Source: Vicugna vicugna (taxonomy: Eukaryota). Taken from it: a stretch of DNA of 57,599 bases. Positions 18,568 through 30,000 of this stretch are shown here, one piece after another (positions within the stretch are counted from its first letter, which is position 1; the number at the start of each line of letters is the position of its first letter). The stretch lies in assembly GCA_013265495.1 (NCBI GenBank), contig MU058365.1, positions 372,001 to 429,599 of the forward strand, written 5' to 3'. A model generated the notes under the pieces. That model saw only the letters and a list, made by a program, of their open reading frames with translations. It had not been told where the DNA came from and did not search any database. Position numbers and translations under genes: made by a program.

Positions 18568-18602
18568 AGGCAGGTTATCTGGGCTGCCATCTTTGCCTGC
18601 CT
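18568..18602 (+). ncRNA. MIR4736: miR-4736-like sequence (shortened hairpin, probably not a functional miRNA)
   Basis: AGGCAGGTTATCTGGGCTG matches my recollection of human mature miR-4736; syntenic ~4.8 kb upstream of MIR142; AGGCAGG/CCTGCCT stem. Confidence 0.55.
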
Positions 18603-20048
18603 GTGAGTAAGGGCCCCAGGCCTGCACAGCTGGAGAGAAGGCTTGGTTTTCTCCTCCACCTTCCTATGCCGACAAGGCCCTCACATTTCTCCCACCCTCT
18701 GGGCCTGCTCTCCCTTGCAGGTGCTAGGCCTTCAAAAGAACGTTTTTCTCCCCGTGTCTCCTCCTTGCCCAGTCAGCTTCTACCTGCTCTAATTCCTTGC
18801 TTTCCAAACCCTGTTCCATCTGTACTCACTTCCTCCAGGAAGCCTTCTTTGATGGACTCTGAAGCTGCCACTGCAGCATGGTCAGTCCAGCCGTGGGCCC
18901 TCAGCCTCACCCAGGACTGACGAGCTCTTGTCGGTGAGCCGTCGGTATGTGTGGGGGTGTATGTGTTCCGCTTCACCCTCCAGATTCAGCGGCCGCTCAA
19001 GAACGAGCCACAAGTCCCCAAGAGACCTGAAGCCATACACCTGCTTTAGGTATAAACTGCTCACTCACAGTGACACGCGAAGCTCCCCCACCCTGCACGT
19101 GTATCTGTATCTTGCCTGTCAGACTGGAGGTCCCTAAAGGCAGGCCTGTGTCCTTTTCTCCTCGGGTTCACCTTTACCTGCCTCCAGCCTCCGCTTAGCA
19201 CACAAAGATGGGTGTCCCCAAGGTCAGTGAGGTCGGGGTGGGGGTGAGGGACCGTGAGCCTGGAGCCCTCCAGGAGGCCGAGCACAAGCCAGCAGCTGTG
19301 GCGCTCTGCCCGGTGGAAGGCTGTTCCCACTTTGTTTCTGCTGCCAGTGGCCCCACACCTGCTCCTTCTCCCCTTGTGTTACCTCCCAGCAAGAATCTGA
19401 CCCCTGAACTGGAACGACCACGGAGCACATTTTCTAGCAGAGTCCGACAGAGCCCAGGCTGCCTGGGGAGTGCCTGGTTGAGCCCAGACCTACCACCAAG
19501 GGGCGGGGCTTGAAGAATCAGCTCGAAAGCCTCTCTCCTCCACAAAGAGAGGCCTCCTCTCTCAACCACCTCCTCGCTCAGCCACTGGCCGTCCTCAAGA
19601 TGCAGTTTCTCTCATTCTGGGGAACTCAGGCAACAGGCAGGTGAGGGAGACGTCCCTCTCCCAGAGATGCCTGTGTTCTGAAGCTGCCCCCCACCTCCCT
19701 CCAGTCTCCGTCCCAAGCACTGGCCTCCGATTCCCAAGTGAATCTTCCCGGGTGTTTCCGGAGAGGAGGCAGGTGTGTCCAGGGGTGCGCAGTGGGCCTT
19801 CCTCAAAGTGTGTTTGTAGCCTTGAGCTGGGGTGTTGCCCACAGTGTGTGTCTGTGTGGTTCTCGACCTGCTGTGCCTCTTTAGAATGGGGACTGTGATT
19901 TTTTGAGCTCTTGGGTTGTGTGTGTGTATGTGTGTGTGTGTCTGCACAGGCACCAACCCCTTGTCCCTAGGGCTCCTGTCGCTAGATCATACAGGCCGCA
20001 CACATGGGTGGCGTCAGCCCAGATCAGGGCTTCTATTGTTATTAGCGT

Positions 20049-20162
20049 TATTTTTGTTTTGTTTTGTCCCCCCCCCACCCCATGGAGGCACTGGGGACTG
20101 AACTCAGGACCTCGTGCATGCTAAGCATGAGCTCCACCATTTGAGCTATACGCTCCCTGCCC
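20049..20162 (-). mobile_element. tRNA-Ala(AGC)-derived SINE (camelid Vic-1-like)
   Basis: Reverse complement GTATAGCTCAAATGGTGGAGCTCATGCTTAGCATGCACGAGGTCCTGAGTTCAGTCCCCAGTGCCTCCA plus A-rich tail. Confidence 0.8.
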
Positions 20163-21195
20163 TTATTTATTATTAGTTTTTTTTTTTTTGGATGAAGGAG
20201 CAGGGCTTCTAGTCTAGGCTCCTGTTCCATTCACCTGGTGATTCTTACTATCTCTGTGTCCTTATCTCAGACTCTGCACCTTCCTTGTGCTTGATTTTGT
20301 CTCTTGCGTCCCTGTTCTCTTGGTTTGAGGCCCAGCAGAGCTGGGAGTCATCACTGGGCTGGGGGAGACGTCCAGGGTATGGGGCCCTGAGCTGTGCCTC
20401 AGTTCCACCCCTCTTCAACCCAAGCCTCAGGGTGGGAACCAGAGAAAGCCCCAGCCCCTCCAGAAACCACCTGACCTAAAGGCTCAGTGGATGGAGAGGA
20501 TGGGCTTCAGTCTTTCTCCTAAAAAAAAAAAAAAAATCAGTGGTGGCCTTGGCCCAGGGCACTGAGGACAAACAAAGGAAAAGCAGCCTCTGTTGTCATA
20601 GAGGAGTAGGTATCAGAGCAGGAGGGCAGGAGAGAGGCTGTGTTAGGGACAACTGAGGGACAAGCGTCTCAGGAACCTCAGGTCTGACTTGTTGCAGGTC
20701 ACATGGTGAGGGAGCCTCTGGCAGAGCCGGGCCCCAAAGTCAAGCCCTTTGGCTCCCAGCCTGTGACCCTCCTTTGCTGGGAAAATACACTTCCGAGGTG
20801 ATGACTCCAGGAGTACCTTAGACAGAAGGTTGGGGGGGGGCAGGATGCTCACAGAGGAGGGGCCCTGAAGGGTTGGGGTCCTGGAACCCAGGTTACTGCA
20901 CCACTTTGATATTCTTATCCTCTTATCGCCTGGGGCAGCCACTTCCCCTCCACCCAGGGTCTGAAGCAGTGGTCTGTTAAAGGAGTACTGCCCTATTTCT
21001 GGCCAGCTCGCCCTCCTCCCCACTGTCTCTTCAGACTCTGCAGGGGAAGGACCCTGTTCCCCTGTTCGCTGTCCCACTTAGGACAACAATTTTGCAGATT
21101 GAGAGTTGCCAATCCTGAAGGAAAGGATGCAAGGCAATTTTCCTCCCTGCTGCCTCCCCTCTACCCGGCCCACCCACGGCCCCGCACACCAACCT

Positions 21196-21326
21196 TCTGG
21201 GCCTCTGATTCTGAGAGTCCCCTATGCGCCTGACCCTGAATGGGGGGGAGGCCCAGAGAATCTGGACCTCTGATTCTGAGAGTCCCCTATGCGCCTGACC
21301 CTGAATGGGGGGGGAGGCCCAGAGAA
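21196..21326. repeat. Tandem duplication, 2 x 65-66 bp
   Basis: 21196-21260 and 21261-21326 differ by one substitution and one G in a G-run. Confidence 0.9.
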
Positions 21327-22179
21327 GTGGCCCATGGCCTTCTGGAAAGGAGTCACTGGGTAATTCTCATCTAGCCACCTCCTCGTCCAATCTATTCCTC
21401 TTGATTCCAGAGCCGAGCCCACTGACAGGCTTGGAGAGCCTTGGGAAAATGTGTGACCCAGACGCAGCTCACCCCAGCCCCCCACCCAGACCCACACCCT
21501 GTTTCCTTCCCCCAGCCAGGGGCCCTGGGATGGGCAGCTTCCTGCCTTCCCCATGGGGAAAGCGGGGGTGGCATGCAGGTGGGCGGGCCCCGTGCCCACA
21601 TCCGGTGGCTGCTAGAGCCTCTCCTTGGAGCCCCTTTCCCTCCAGTCCTCCAAGTCCAATGGCACCCATACCCTGCCTTAGACCCCAGGCCTCGCCACTG
21701 CTCTGCCCTGCCCTTCTATCTCAACAGGCCCTGAGGCAAGCATGAACAGTCTGGTGCCTAGAGGCCCATCTGGCCTGGGTGTGACCCCCGTACTGTGCTG
21801 AGGGCACAGGCCTGGTCTCCTGCAGGCTGGTGCTGGGGGCGGGGTGGCTACCTGGAGGATATTGTGATGTGCTGGCCCAGACCCCTGCCATGTATCTGTA
21901 CCTCTGTGGCCTCTCTGGGCAGCACATTGAGAGGAGCCAGGGCTTGGTGTGTATGCCACTGCTGTCCCAAAGCAAAGGGAGTCTTCTGGGTTGGGGTCAG
22001 TGGGGGTGGGGCTCAGAAACAAGGTCCTTTCCTTGTGCTGGAATTCAGGACTCTGTTTTGGGCACTCACCGAAGGCCCTGACAGGGAGTCCTTATCTCCT
22101 GGGGTCACCCCCAGTGCCCTGTGGCACTCCTGGATTCTTAAACTGTCCCAGAGCTGGTGCCATGGGGGAAGGGCAGGCC

Positions 22180-23200
22180 TGGGGGCCCGGAAGCCACCTG
22201 TCCAGGGTGTGTGCGATGGTCTCTTCAGCCCCCCCTCCCGCCAATACCCAGCCTTGTTTCTGGTTTCCTGTCAGTCTGTCCTCCCCAGGGAGGGGAGGGG
22301 CTGCTAATCTCCACTGTGGTGTGGGGGCGGGCTCCAAGACCGTTGGGCGCCCTGAGATCTGGCCCACGTGGTCTCGGGGTTATAAGCCCTGCCCGCCCTG
22401 ACGGGAACCCCACTTGGGAGCCAGGAGCACAGGGCCAGTTCCCCTCAGCCCTGCAGCATCAGGTAAGGGTCTGAACCTTCACTTCGGCCCCCAATGGGCT
22501 CCTTGACTCTGGGCCTCCAGGGGTGGGTGATGAGGGGCTTGGGTTCTATGCCTTGGGTGGAGAGGCCCTGGGGAGGGGCTTTGGAAGCTTGGGTGCCAAG
22601 GCTTCCTAGCAAAGCTCTAGGCAAAGAGGCAAAGAACCCTCAGATCTACTAGATCTTCATGGTGGGACAGCTCCTCTAAATGCTGGGCTTTGACCTCCCT
22701 CTAGACGAGGAAGCTAAAATGGCTCCTGGACCCCCGATGAAGGAAGAGGGATCCAAGGCCTTAAGGACAGGGCTGGAGAGTAGGGTGAGGAAGGCAGAGG
22801 GTGGGCATAGGCTGAAAAGTGAGACTCAGCGTCAGTAAAAGGTGCTAAGTGTCTCCCTCCACCCAACATGGCCACCATTTCCGTCCAGACAACCTTGGGC
22901 TGCTGTCCGGGGAGCCGCTGGGCGGGCGGTGAGGGAGTCGGGGCCTCGGGCTGGCGAGGAGGCTGGGGACCCAGACCTTGGGTCTGACTCTGGAGGGTGG
23001 GTAGTACGGCTGGAAGGGGTCACCCAGGGGCTCGGAACTGGGGGCTAAGGTGACGCCTCCCGAGTGTCCATGGCCTCTACCTGAGGGTCTCTGAAAGTAG
23101 GGGGATGGGGTGGAGCCCTAGACGGAAGGGAAGAGGGAACCAAAGAGGAAGTGGGGGGAGGGAGGTAGAGGAGGGAAGATCTGGCGCCATGCTGAGTCAC
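22180..23200 (+). promoter_or_regulatory. Putative pri-miR-142 promoter and haematopoietic regulatory region
   Basis: CCAAT 22241, RUNX TGTGGT 22315-22320, GC box 22324-22331, E-box CACGTG 22365-22370, TATA-like TATAAG 22381-22386, donor CAG|GTAAGG 22462/3, PU.1 consensus AAAGAGGAAGTG 23142-23153, AP-1 TGAGTCA 23193-23199. Confidence 0.6.
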
Positions 23201-23350
23201 CGCCCACAAGGCCCAGGGCGGGCCCTCGGGGGGCCATGGGGCAGGGCGCTGGGGTCTTAGGCAGCAGTGGGGAGGGTCGGGGGGCGCCCTCGAAGCAGGA
23301 GTCAGAAGGAGGAGCGGGCCGCCTGAAGAGTACCTGCAGACGGACAGACA

Positions 23351-23437
23351 GACAGTGCAGTCACCCATAAAGTAGAAAGCACTACTAACAGCACTGGAGG
23401 GTGTAGTGTTTCCTACTTTATGGATGAGTGTACTGTG
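23351..23437 (+). ncRNA. MIR142: pre-miR-142 (miR-142-5p 23366-23386; miR-142-3p 23402-23424)
   Basis: CATAAAGTAGAAAGCACTACT and TGTAGTGTTTCCTACTTTATGGA match the mature miRNAs and pair as a hairpin; CNNC motif (CTTC) at 23440-23443. Confidence 0.99.
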
Positions 23438-23789
23438 GGCTTCGGAGAACACGCCGCCGCTACCGCCGCCCGCCACCAGATTCCTCCGCGCTCAGGACTG
23501 TGCATGACAGGTGAGCCCCTCAGGCCCCCTCCCCACCCCGCCCAGACCCCCGCCAGGCCACCACCGCTCCCCAGGGCCTGTCCTCCTGGTTCCGGCAAAC
23601 CGGGGAAATGCCGCATCAGCTGCTCTGCCTCCCGAGGGCAGGCCGGGAGGACTTCTGGACCCGGCGCAGCTTGGGGGGGGGGGCCGTGCGCGGCCCAGCC
23701 AAGAGTGGGCATATGCCGGGATGAGGAAGAGGCGGGAAGGGAGGGGTTGTGGAAGGGAATGTGGGGGGCATGCCAGGGACCCCAACACT

Positions 23790-23795
23790 AATAAA
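23790..23795 (+). terminator. Poly(A) signal of the pri-miR-142 host transcript
   Basis: AATAAA ~350 nt downstream of the hairpin, followed by T/GT-rich sequence. Confidence 0.7.
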
Positions 23796-24204
23796 GAATG
23801 GACTCTGCTTCTCTTTTGTCTGAGACTCCGTTGCTGGGGTTGGGTTGGGGGGATGGGCTCAGTAGGCACATGGATGGGGCCGATGCACAGAAGGGCCGGG
23901 AGGGAGAATCACCCTTTCTCCTGGGAGAAACGGGTTTGGCTCTGCCTATGAGACCAGAAGAGGGTCTGGGCCTGGTCGGGCCGTGGCCTGGAGAGAAAGG
24001 GCGTGCCTGGGGTGAGGACCTCCCAGCAAACCGAGGAAAGCAGGCAGGACCTGGGAGGTGGGGGCGGGTTATGAGGGGCCCTCTCACTTTTTACCCCCAA
24101 CTCTGGCCCTGCACTGCCCTGCCCTCAGCTTGCTTTTTCCACCCTCAGCCTGAAAGCTGCCTACCTCCAGTTCTCATCTAAGAAAGTCTAGGGGGTCCTT
24201 GATA

Positions 24205-25030
24205 CTATAAGAACTGGGCACAAACACATTGTGGCTCACACAAAAACCATCTTATACATAGACAAAGGCAGATGTTAATATGCAAAGCACACACCAGCAC
24301 GAGTGTGCACTTACACACAGGACCGCATACATATGCTATCAACACATGTGCACAATGGTGTAGACACAGGTGACATGGCCGCCATGTTACACAATGATAA
24401 GGGATCCACACACAGGACACATTCACTAGTACACACATGATATAAACACATATGATGTATGTCATGGATAGAAGAGCATACAAATACACGGTGACATTCA
24501 CACAATAAGCACATTGGTTCCATCCATGTACACGATAGTAACAGGTTCATACATGATAAATATACAATAAAGACATGATGATGTATATGTCTAGACAGAC
24601 AGAAATAAAAACATGTCATTGTATGTCACTACATACTTACGTGACTGTATGAGCTTGTGCCATTATATATTGTATAATGTCATGTAATGGCATTCCTGTA
24701 CATTTACCATAATATACGCGTTGTGATTTATACACTCACACAACCACAGCCTCACATGCACATCACAGCATACGACACCACAACAAGTGGATATATATGC
24801 AGTGGCGCACGCAGAAGCACGCACACCTATGTACCCAGTGAGACCCAGACACATAAGAGCATGCAGGCATACATATGGATGTGTGTGTATGTAATAATAC
24901 AATGCCCCCCACATATATAGATAAATGTCTGTTCTGCACATGCCTATGATACACGTGCAGGCACATAAGGCGTGTGTACGTTGACATAAACATCAGTGAC
25001 ACGCATCATGTAGTGGCACACATATTCATC
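24205..25030. repeat. Degenerate (CA/TA)-rich alternating purine-pyrimidine low-complexity tract
   Basis: ~820 bp of ACAC/ATAC/ACAT-type units inside otherwise GC-rich DNA. Confidence 0.8.
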
Positions 25031-25399
25031 TGCACACTGGGGAGTGAGGATGTCACCTCTTCCTTATGCGTGCCCCCTCCCCGTGCTGCTGGTGCTATTC
25101 CCTGGGGGCACCACACGAGGGCCCCCGACCTTAGCTGAGACTGGCTGCGGATGGACTGAGTCTCAGGTTCAGAGGCCTTGCTGAGGCCCTTCCCAACATC
25201 CGTGTCTCTGGGGACTCCATCCGGGCCTCTGCCCTCACATATAGGCTGACTTACCGGTGGGGGAGTTCCTACAACCTTGTCCCCAAATGCCATTTTCCCA
25301 TAGCTAAAAGGCCTAAGACTAGACAGAAGATGAGCGTCCTGACAGTCTGGGACTAAGCCAGCTCAACAGGCCACGTGGCCTCCCCTGCTGGCCTGAGAT

Positions 25400-25900
25400 A
25401 GCCAGGTTGCCCCCAAAACGCAGCCCGCCAGGAGGAAGCGGAAGCAATTCTCTCAGCTTATTTCCACCTCTGTCTCTTGCTTCTGTCTTCTTGTTTTCAT
25501 TCTTCATTTCTCTGTCTCTTTGTTTCATCTCAAATCCCATCTTTTCTATCCCTGCCATTCTCCATAGCGGGGTCTTTATCTGTCATACCAGTCCCTGTTT
25601 ATGCCTCTACCAGGCTTGGGCTGGGACCAATGTGGGGAGGATTGCTGCCCCTCCCCCCGCCTCTGTACCCCGGAACATGTTGGGGTGTGGAAGGTCACAT
25701 GCTGGGGGCACTGGGCCGAGATTCCGTAAAAAACCTGCTCTTCCCTCTGTCCCGACCCTGCCTGCTGGTCCAGCCCACCAGTCCAGCGCCATCACCATGG
25801 AAACCAGCAGCCGACTTCCTATTGGTGGGCAGGAGGGGAGGGGGAGGAGGACGGGAGGGTTGGCTCTCCCCCGCTCACCCCCCTATTCTGAGGCTCAGCC
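25400..25900 (+). promoter_or_regulatory. TSPOAP1: Putative TSPOAP1 promoter
   Basis: Tandem GGAA ETS cores 25431-25445, RFX X-box-like ATCACCATGGAAAC 25791-25804, ACTTCC 25814, ATTGG 25821, G-rich boxes; ~0.9 kb upstream of the ATG. Confidence 0.5.
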
Positions 25901-26758
25901 CTCCTCCGTGCCCACCCTCTCTGGGCTCCGGGACTGGAGGGGACCCCTGCAGTCCCTAGAGCTGAGGCCAGTGGGGACAGAGACTATGAGGCAAGCAGCC
26001 CACCGACCCAGGCCTCCTTAGGACCAACCCAGCCACCCAGCAAGCTGGCGAGCAGCAGTGGAGAGAGGAGCAAGGAATAAAGGACCACAGCAGACCTTTG
26101 AGGATCACCCTTAGCAGCTCCTGTGGACCCTAGCCAGGCTGAGGGGTCCTGATGGATGGCCAGACTTGCAGACGCTGATGGACACACAATAACAGCAATG
26201 CACACAGCAGCACAGCACTGAGACACTCAGACATAACCAGTGACAGCATCGCACACTGCCACAGCCCTGCAACACAGACACCCACCCCAACACACACACG
26301 GAGACAACTGGTAACTCTGAAACAGGCGGACGGTGACACCCAGAACCACCACCCACCAGCACACAAGTGGGGGGTACCCATCCTCTAGACACATGCACGG
26401 AAGCACTGACCGGCACAGACAGACCTGGAGACACACGCACACCCGCACCCAGGCGCTGCTGTCAGTGGCCTCTGCGTATCCTCCCCACCCCCACGGGGAC
26501 ACCCTCGCTCTTCCACACACTCACGCGCACACACAGCCACGAGCAAACAGCTTGCATCTCCCCAGCTCCAGCTCCGGCAGCCCCGATTCCTGCAGCCTCC
26601 TTTGTGGGTGAAGAAGAACTCGGCCAACCTTGGATGGAGCTTTGGTGAAGCCAAGAGCTCAGAGAGGAAAGGGTCTGGCCTGGTATGACCCTTGCCAGCC
26701 CCTCTACCTGGCTGGGTGATGTCCCCCTGTCCGGGTCCTGGGGCCCCTTGGCAGAACC

Positions 26759-27088
26759 ATGGAGCAACTGACACCCCTCCCACGGCCGGGGGACCCTGGA
26801 AACATGGAGCCCTGGGCACTGGCCACTTGGCAGAGCTGGACTCCACATAAGGGGGGCGAACCTGGAGGCGCATCCCCCAGCATTGCTGACACCCCGGTAG
26901 CTCTGCATGTTGGAGAACTGAGGCCTGAGGAGAGCTCCGAGCCGGAGGGAGCCCAAAGATCCAGGCCTGTGGGGGGCATTGAGCCTGAAAGAGCAGAAAC
27001 TGGGCTGCCCAGCCTGGGGCTGGGAGTGCTGAGCTCCAGACCCAGCTGCCAGAAGCTAGAGGACGAGGAGCTGGAGGCTTTCCCTCAG
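26759..27088 (+). CDS. TSPOAP1: TSPOAP1 exon 1 (coding part)
   Basis: ACCATGG Kozak; MEQL...EAFPQ; CAG|gtaagg. Confidence 0.93.
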
Positions 27089-30000
27089 GTAAGGGAGCTG
27101 TGGGTGGCTGGGGTTTCTGAGGCGGGGGCTCTCCAGCCTGGGCACGACAGGCAGCTTCACTACCCACCTCTCTTCTCCTGGCCTGTCTCTGTCTGCGGCT
27201 CCGTCTCTGTGACTGTCTGTCCTCCATTCTTGGGGCAGGAATCTCAGTGGCTCCATTTTTTGCCATCTGTCTGTCCTGACTCTCTCTGCCTGTCTGCCTA
27301 CCTCTGGTCCTCCCCCTTCCCTCTTCCTCTGTGAGTCTCTCTCTGACAGTCTGTCTGTGTCTGTTTGTCTTCTCCGCAAATCTCTGTCCTTGGGGGCGAG
27401 AGGGTACCAGGGGTGTGTGGAGGTGTATGGTGGAATCAGAGTCCAGAGGAAGCAGATTCAGGGGAGGGGGCTCCGTGCTGGGCTGAGCCAGAGAGGACAA
27501 GGTTTGGGGTGGGTGTGAGCAGTCTCCTGCAGAAGATGGAGGGAGCAGGACTCTAGGGAACTTGGGGGCCATAAGGAGCCTGGAGGAGTGGGAAAGGGAG
27601 CTCGGGCTGGCATTTCCCAAGAGGGCAAGATAGGCAGGGAGGAGAAGAACTGGGGACTAGCACAGAGGGTCTCAGGGTTGGGGGATGCTAGTGTCGGCAG
27701 AGAGGACTAAACAGCCCCTTCTCCCGGTTCTCTTGTGCTCCCCTCCGAAGGCCTGGGACATGGGGGAGAACCTCATGTCTCCTTGTATTGTGGAGGGGGA
27801 AAGGCTTCCATATGGAGGGCTCTGACTTCCAGAGGTAGGCTGGGTCCCTGAGGAGCTGCGCCCTGAGCTGGGTGGTGTCTTTTCCCACACCAGGGCAAGC
27901 TGAAAATGGGCTTTGGGGACAGGCCCAATCTGGAGCTGCTGAGGGCTTTGGGGGAGCTGCAGCAGCGCTGTGCCATTCTCAAGGAGGAGAACCAGATGCT
28001 GGTGAGACTTGGAAAGCGAGTCCTGGGTCCTGGTTGGAGCTGGGGGGAGGCAGACTCAGACACCCTGGCCCTCTGCCTCAGCGCCCTCCTCCTCCCATGA
28101 ACATCCCCCTCCAAGTGGGAGCTCCATGGAGCGGACATGACCTCAAGACCCAGAGAGGGTGAACCCCCACCTAGAGTTGCCGAGGAACCCACTGTGAGCC
28201 CAGGGCTCTAGCCCTGGCCTGGGTTGTTAGGACTGGGTCTGGGGTAGGAGTGCTCCCCACATGCCCCAATTCTGGCTGACCCCTTGTCAGAGGAAGAGCA
28301 GCTTCCCAGAGACGGAGGAGAAGGTGCGGAGGCTGAAGCGGAAGAACGCTGAGCTGGCGGTCATTGCCAAGCGCCTGGAGGAAAGGGCCCGGAAGCTGCA
28401 GGAGACTAACCTGAGGGTGGTGAGGATGGAAGGCCTCTGGATGGAGGCTGGGCGACTGGGAAGAGGGGAGCCAGGGCTGGGCCTCAAGGGTGGGGCTTGG
28501 GAGTCAAGGACCCTTAACACTTACAATGCTTAGAACCTAGGAAAGCAGGAACCCAGGGGCCGAAGTGTAGGAAGGGCAAAAGCCAGCCAGGCTAGGAGGC
28601 TGAAGGTTTCTGGAGCTCAGGAGGGAGGGAAAGGCTGGGCAGGGAGTTCCTGAGCAGGCAGGGAGCAGGATTCTGGATTACCACGTGCTGGTGTTGGCTG
28701 CAGCCTCCCCCTGAGCTCCTCTCTGGGTGCAGAGCTGGCAGGGGCAGGGATGACAACCCATCACAGTGGCAGCCTTCAATTAGCAGCATCCTTTGGGTCT
28801 AAACTAGGATGTGCTGTTAACCCTTTCACTCCTGCTTGAAGATTGCTGGGATAGAGTAAAGGTGAGTCTGCTAGTCCCCTGAGGGTTGACCCAGTATAGA
28901 AGCAGGAGGCCATACTTCTAGGTTTTCATCCTTACCCCTCCTTTGGGAGGAGCTGAGGAGTGGGAGAAGTGTCCTATCCCTCAGGTGACAGTTCACCTTA
29001 CCCCTCCCCTGGCCAGGTGAGTGCTCCTATGCCCAGTCCAGGGGCCAGCTTGGAGTTGTGCCGGAAGGCCCTGGCCCGCCAACGAGCCCGGGACCTCAGT
29101 GAGACAGCCAGTGCCCTGCTGGCCAAGGACAAGCAGATTGCTGCCTTGCAGCGGGAGTGCAGGGAGCTGCAGGCCAGGCTCACTCTGGTTGGCAAGGTGC
29201 GAGGAGGCCCTGGTCACCCCTTTCAGCTCAGCCCGACACAGGGCCTTCTGCTTGGCAGTGTGGGATGTGGACGAGATGTTAATGAGATGCAAATGAAGAG
29301 AGAAGGTGGAGGCTGCTCGGGAGTAGGTTCCCCTGGCAACGGCCCAGGTGGGGTGGGGGAAGGAGGCTGAACCGAAGGGGGTGGAGCCATGTGTCCCAGA
29401 CCTGGGAATTTCTGTGCTCCAGGCTTCAGGCTGCATGCCAATAGATCTGGTTGTGTGAATCCACACATACCACACACTGGTGTGAAGAGATGTTCACAAG
29501 GTATTTAGCACAGTGCCGGGCACACTGTGAGTGCCCAGTAAACGAGTTCCTTGGAGTGTTTGCACACAGGCTAGCTGAAGCATGTGGCTATGTACGCATG
29601 CACCTATGACCAGGCATGTCTGCATGGGAGGATGTGCACGTTCCTGCGCACCGGAGCCCCTCCAGCCAGGCTGAGGGCGGCCTCTGTTGGGGATGGTGTG
29701 GGGCGGGCAGGAGTTAGGCCCAACTCTCCTCCTTGTCCCCCGACTCCAGGAGGGCCCCCAGTGGCTCCACGTGCGGGACTTCGACCGGCTGCTACGCGAG
29801 TCCCAGCGGGAGGTGCTGCGGCTACAGAGGCAGATCGCCCTGCGCAACCAGCGGGAGCCGCCCGCGCCGCCTGGACCTCCGGGCCCCGCCGTCCCGGCCA
29901 GAGCAGGGGCGCCTGCCCCTGGGGCTCCGGGAGAGGTGAGGGCCGGCGCAAGGGCAGGTGTGTGGGTGTGTATAGACAGGGGTGGGAGCGACTCGGGGGT

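Noticed and set aside
20083..20157. Apparent tRNA-Ala gene
   Set aside because: Mutated arms and B box, an A-rich tail and two other diverged copies indicate a SINE.
21196..21326. Direct repeats as a CRISPR-like array (also 32030-32187)
   Set aside because: Only two units each, no spacer series, no cas genes, and a mammalian context.
24205..25002. Cys/His/Val-rich ORFs
   Set aside because: Translations of the CA/TG low-complexity tract.
25785..25806. REST/NRSE site in the TSPOAP1 promoter
   Set aside because: Four mismatches in the 16-bp core, including GGACAG; an RFX X-box fits better.
26385..27620. 411-aa minus-strand ORF opposite TSPOAP1 exon 1
   Set aside because: Non-ATG start, low-complexity GC/repeat-derived composition and no recognisable domain; expected by chance in stop-poor DNA.
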